Assembly (NCBI GenBank): GCA_016220095.1
Contig: JACRIJ010000102.1
Span: 233-64,232 of the forward strand
Direction: 5' to 3'
DNA: 64,000 nt
Origin: Planctomycetota bacterium
GTDB taxonomy: Bacteria; Planctomycetota; MHYJ01; JACQXL01; JACRIJ01
Made by a program: the position numbers and the translations under genes. Under the pieces are notes generated by a model, which made no database searches, was not told the DNA's origin, and worked only from the letters and a program-made list of their open reading frames with translations. The stretch's first letter is position 1. Each line of letters opens with the position of its first letter. Positions 63,001 to 64,000 of this stretch are shown piece by piece.

Positions 63001-64000
63001 TAAACGTATTCGTATTTGCCTGCATAAGAATAGAAGTCAAAGACCACGGTCCGGCAGAAGTAGAAGCAAATTTGCCGGCTGTGGAAGTTGAAGCGATATT
63101 TATAGAGAGGACTGCCTGGACATTGGAAGGATTACTAAATTTGTCCTGGGTCTGTACGGAATAGACTGCCGAAGGCGTACCTGCTGTGAGCGTTTGGGCT
63201 GAAGAGGTAAATACCATCCTGGAAATAACGTCAGGAAGTATAGTTACGTTTTGCTGAGCGTCCGACCAGTCTTCGGAAGGGTCTTCGTAAACTGAAAGAG
63301 ACGTACTGCCGGGGTAGGTCGCTTTGGTATCCGCGTAGTAGAACGAGGCGCCATTGTTGCCGGCGTATACGACAGCATAAGTAACAGGCGATATAAAAGA
63401 TGTTGCGTCGTCAAAGAGACCTGTAGGCGCGGCAGAGACAAGACGCAGGTTTGTATCATAGAGATACGACACGGGGATACTATTAGAATCCTGAATCTGG
63501 ACGGACATTATGTTGGACGCCTTGCCGGCGGGCAGGGTTTGGGCCGGGGTAGTGAATACGAGTTTAACGGCGAGGATAGTTTGAATTTGCAGGGCGTCGG
63601 TCCAGCCTTCGTCGGGCGATTCCGCGCAGGTGATGGTCGGAGTACCCGGGGCGGTAGTATCACGATAATAGAAACTGCCGCTGTTTTGTGATGCGAAAAT
63701 AGTTATAGACGTAATCGGGTTTAGCGGCCAGGTATTTATACTGCTGAAGACGCCGCCGGAGGAATCCGAAGACAGGTTTATGATATTGTCATACGGGTAA
63801 GAAACAGGCGAACTATTAGAATCCTGAATCTGTACAGACATAACACTGGAGACAACACCATCGGCAAGGGTTTTAGCCGAGGTAGTAAAGACGAGTTTAA
63901 CGGCAAGGATAGTCTGCGCCTGAGTTGCATCGGTCCAACTCTGGCTGGGATTTTCCGAGCAGGTAATGGTCGGAGTACCCGGGGCGGTGGTATCGCGATA
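60032..64000 (-). CDS. giant Ig-like tandem-repeat surface protein, 5'-truncated by the window edge (at least 9 repeats of ~105-111 aa + conserved 393-aa C-terminal module + C-terminal anchor)
   Basis: The listed ORF starts at an internal Met (63841). The same frame stays open to 64000, where translation gives YRDTTAPGTPTITCSENPSQSWTDATQAQTILAVKLVFTTSAKTLADGVVSSV before MSVQIQDSNS, matching the repeat consensus. The repeat consensus is F.T..QT..AG..S....VQ..D.F.N.S.......L.S.S..G.F.........I.....S..FYY.DT..G...I...E.P...W.DA.Q. The tail is GGAGAVESGGGGKGGGGCFITKTGNSNANYIYTMLATVILIGMLLKTLNSK. Confidence 0.85.
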   Translation of the reverse strand, partial: YRDTTAPGTPTITCSENPSQSWTDATQAQTILAVKLVFTTSAKTLADGVVSSVMSVQIQDSNSSPVSYPYDNIINLSSDSSGGVFSSINTWPLNPITSITIFASQNSGSFYYRDTTAPGTPTITCAESPDEGWTDALQIQTILAVKLVFTTPAQTLPAGKASNIMSVQIQDSNSIPVSYLYDTNLRLVSAAPTGLFDDATSFISPVTYAVVYAGNNGASFYYADTKATYPGSTSLSVYEDPSEDWSDAQQNVTILPDVISRMVFTSSAQTLTAGTPSAVYSVQTQDKFSNPSNVQAVLSINIASTSTAGKFASTSAGPWSLTSILMQANTNTFTFYYQDTLAGAPQITCSEFPNLNWSDAVQAQTVLAGPVAKVSFTSVAQTIIAGESSSAMIAQTTDAYGNISNASQYVEVTLSSTSSAGTFGLADAGPWDLSSIIVYTGTNNTTFFYRDTLMGTHTLTMHEITGLNWQDGAQDITINPAVSSQIVFITSPQTLIAGVASDVITIQTRDQFENPSPAEVDTSIEFISTSSAGAFGLSSEGPWSATLVTLTAGNSSADFYYSDTLAGLVTISAREAPEAGWLDAFQDEIVNPAPVAKMAFVTSAQNMGEYLPSAVMTIQTYDEFNNVSNTTEDTQLNLSTTSTTGSFGTDNIAPFDSAYVTMSANTSFISFYYYDEEIGSWTIAVSESPSRNWTDASQTVTVYPWIISTLAVTTTQQQIAAGSVSDAIILQTRHKKGFALAVPENTSISVTTTSIAGGFAETTAGPFNMTAITIPAGNDSISFYYSDTKTGQYTMSFAEAPDKGWTDITQFVTIVPGPVAQLKFISQEQAIGVGTVTDTMTVMSQDAYQNESVLTASTMLMLASSSPDGKFAVKQDGPWMVNIIVMQANTSRLSFYYTDAQFGVSTVTVYESPDNSWIDAQQDVKVVPGVITVSEGERNPMSTTESRSGKGIVMLQLNLTTSSVDINMNSLKITGTGYGNEAADLEDNGIRLYIDADENGKIGGPDSELAGGENYNADNGNVEFDGLEYMLPANSDINLIVVYNMNGNAFDGSTFGAEVSTKYDITGTDEATHQPIVVTGEFPIQGKAKVISSVGTLTVLGANKDKLKKTVLNNQGNVAMLSMNLEASSVEALEIEKVYVHSGGTGNEKSAILPGGVKMIRDVNKNGAYDYGEEAVGLYNYHYSEDNGVITFNTPLETIAASGSTDWILVYNFSGNAKDGDTFWVAVDTNIDITVRGRDSGKILQVSGVPLTGEEAVIGDPTLSGGAGAVESGGGGKGGGGCFITKTGNSNANYIYTMLATVILIGMLLKTLNSKSETLNKY

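Noticed and set aside
61214-64000. Near-identical repeats in the giant gene were considered as DGR template/variable repeats.
   Set aside because: No reverse transcriptase or accessory gene is present in the window. The differences between copies are not confined to adenine positions. The repeats are in-frame protein domains.
1-64000. Visual scan of all non-coding gaps for tRNA (T-arm GTTCGAATC-like), rRNA and known riboswitch cores.
   Set aside because: Nothing convincing was found. A proper tRNAscan-SE/Infernal run is still needed, because the scan by eye is insensitive.

Overview
This 64-kb window is densely coding and mostly on the minus strand. It looks like an uncultivated diderm bacterium, because it carries LPS-core glycosyltransferases, TolC-like and beta-barrel OM proteins, and system II cytochrome c maturation genes. 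A PVC/Omnitrophota-like origin is only my impression and was not tested. Well-recognised genes are rocD, folE, dapA, pdxJ, mnmG, queA, resB/ccsA, a DegT-type sugar aminotransferase, an LPS-core cluster (two-domain Kdo/WaaP-like kinase, GT4, GT2, GT9), a cusCBA-type metal efflux operon, a giant PAS/GAF hybrid histidine kinase paired with an HD-GYP response regulator, a PilZ protein, a Ser/Thr kinase and an isolated acsD-like gene. Five things stand out. (1) Two giant surface-protein genes (2503 aa, and more than 1322 aa cut by the window edge) end in the same ~393-aa C-terminal module plus a Gly-rich/Cys + TM helix + basic tail. Each is followed on the same strand by a secreted HEAT-repeat fusion protein (alpha/alpha-toroid or vWA). 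I consider this the best candidate for an undescribed cell-surface system. (2) Two tandem inverted-repeat elements at 59.3-59.6 kb show compensatory stem changes. (3) A MazF-type TA plus TPR cassette is bracketed by 133-bp direct repeats with 131/133 identity. (4) Intergenic DNA is built almost entirely from a small vocabulary of quasi-periodic short motifs and long imperfect hairpins. (5) A metal-binding gene trio includes an unannotated 45-aa His-tailed lipoprotein. No rRNA, tRNA, CRISPR array, transposase, integrase or reverse transcriptase was recognised. All calls rest on reading the sequence and recalling family motifs. No searches, folding or statistics were run.
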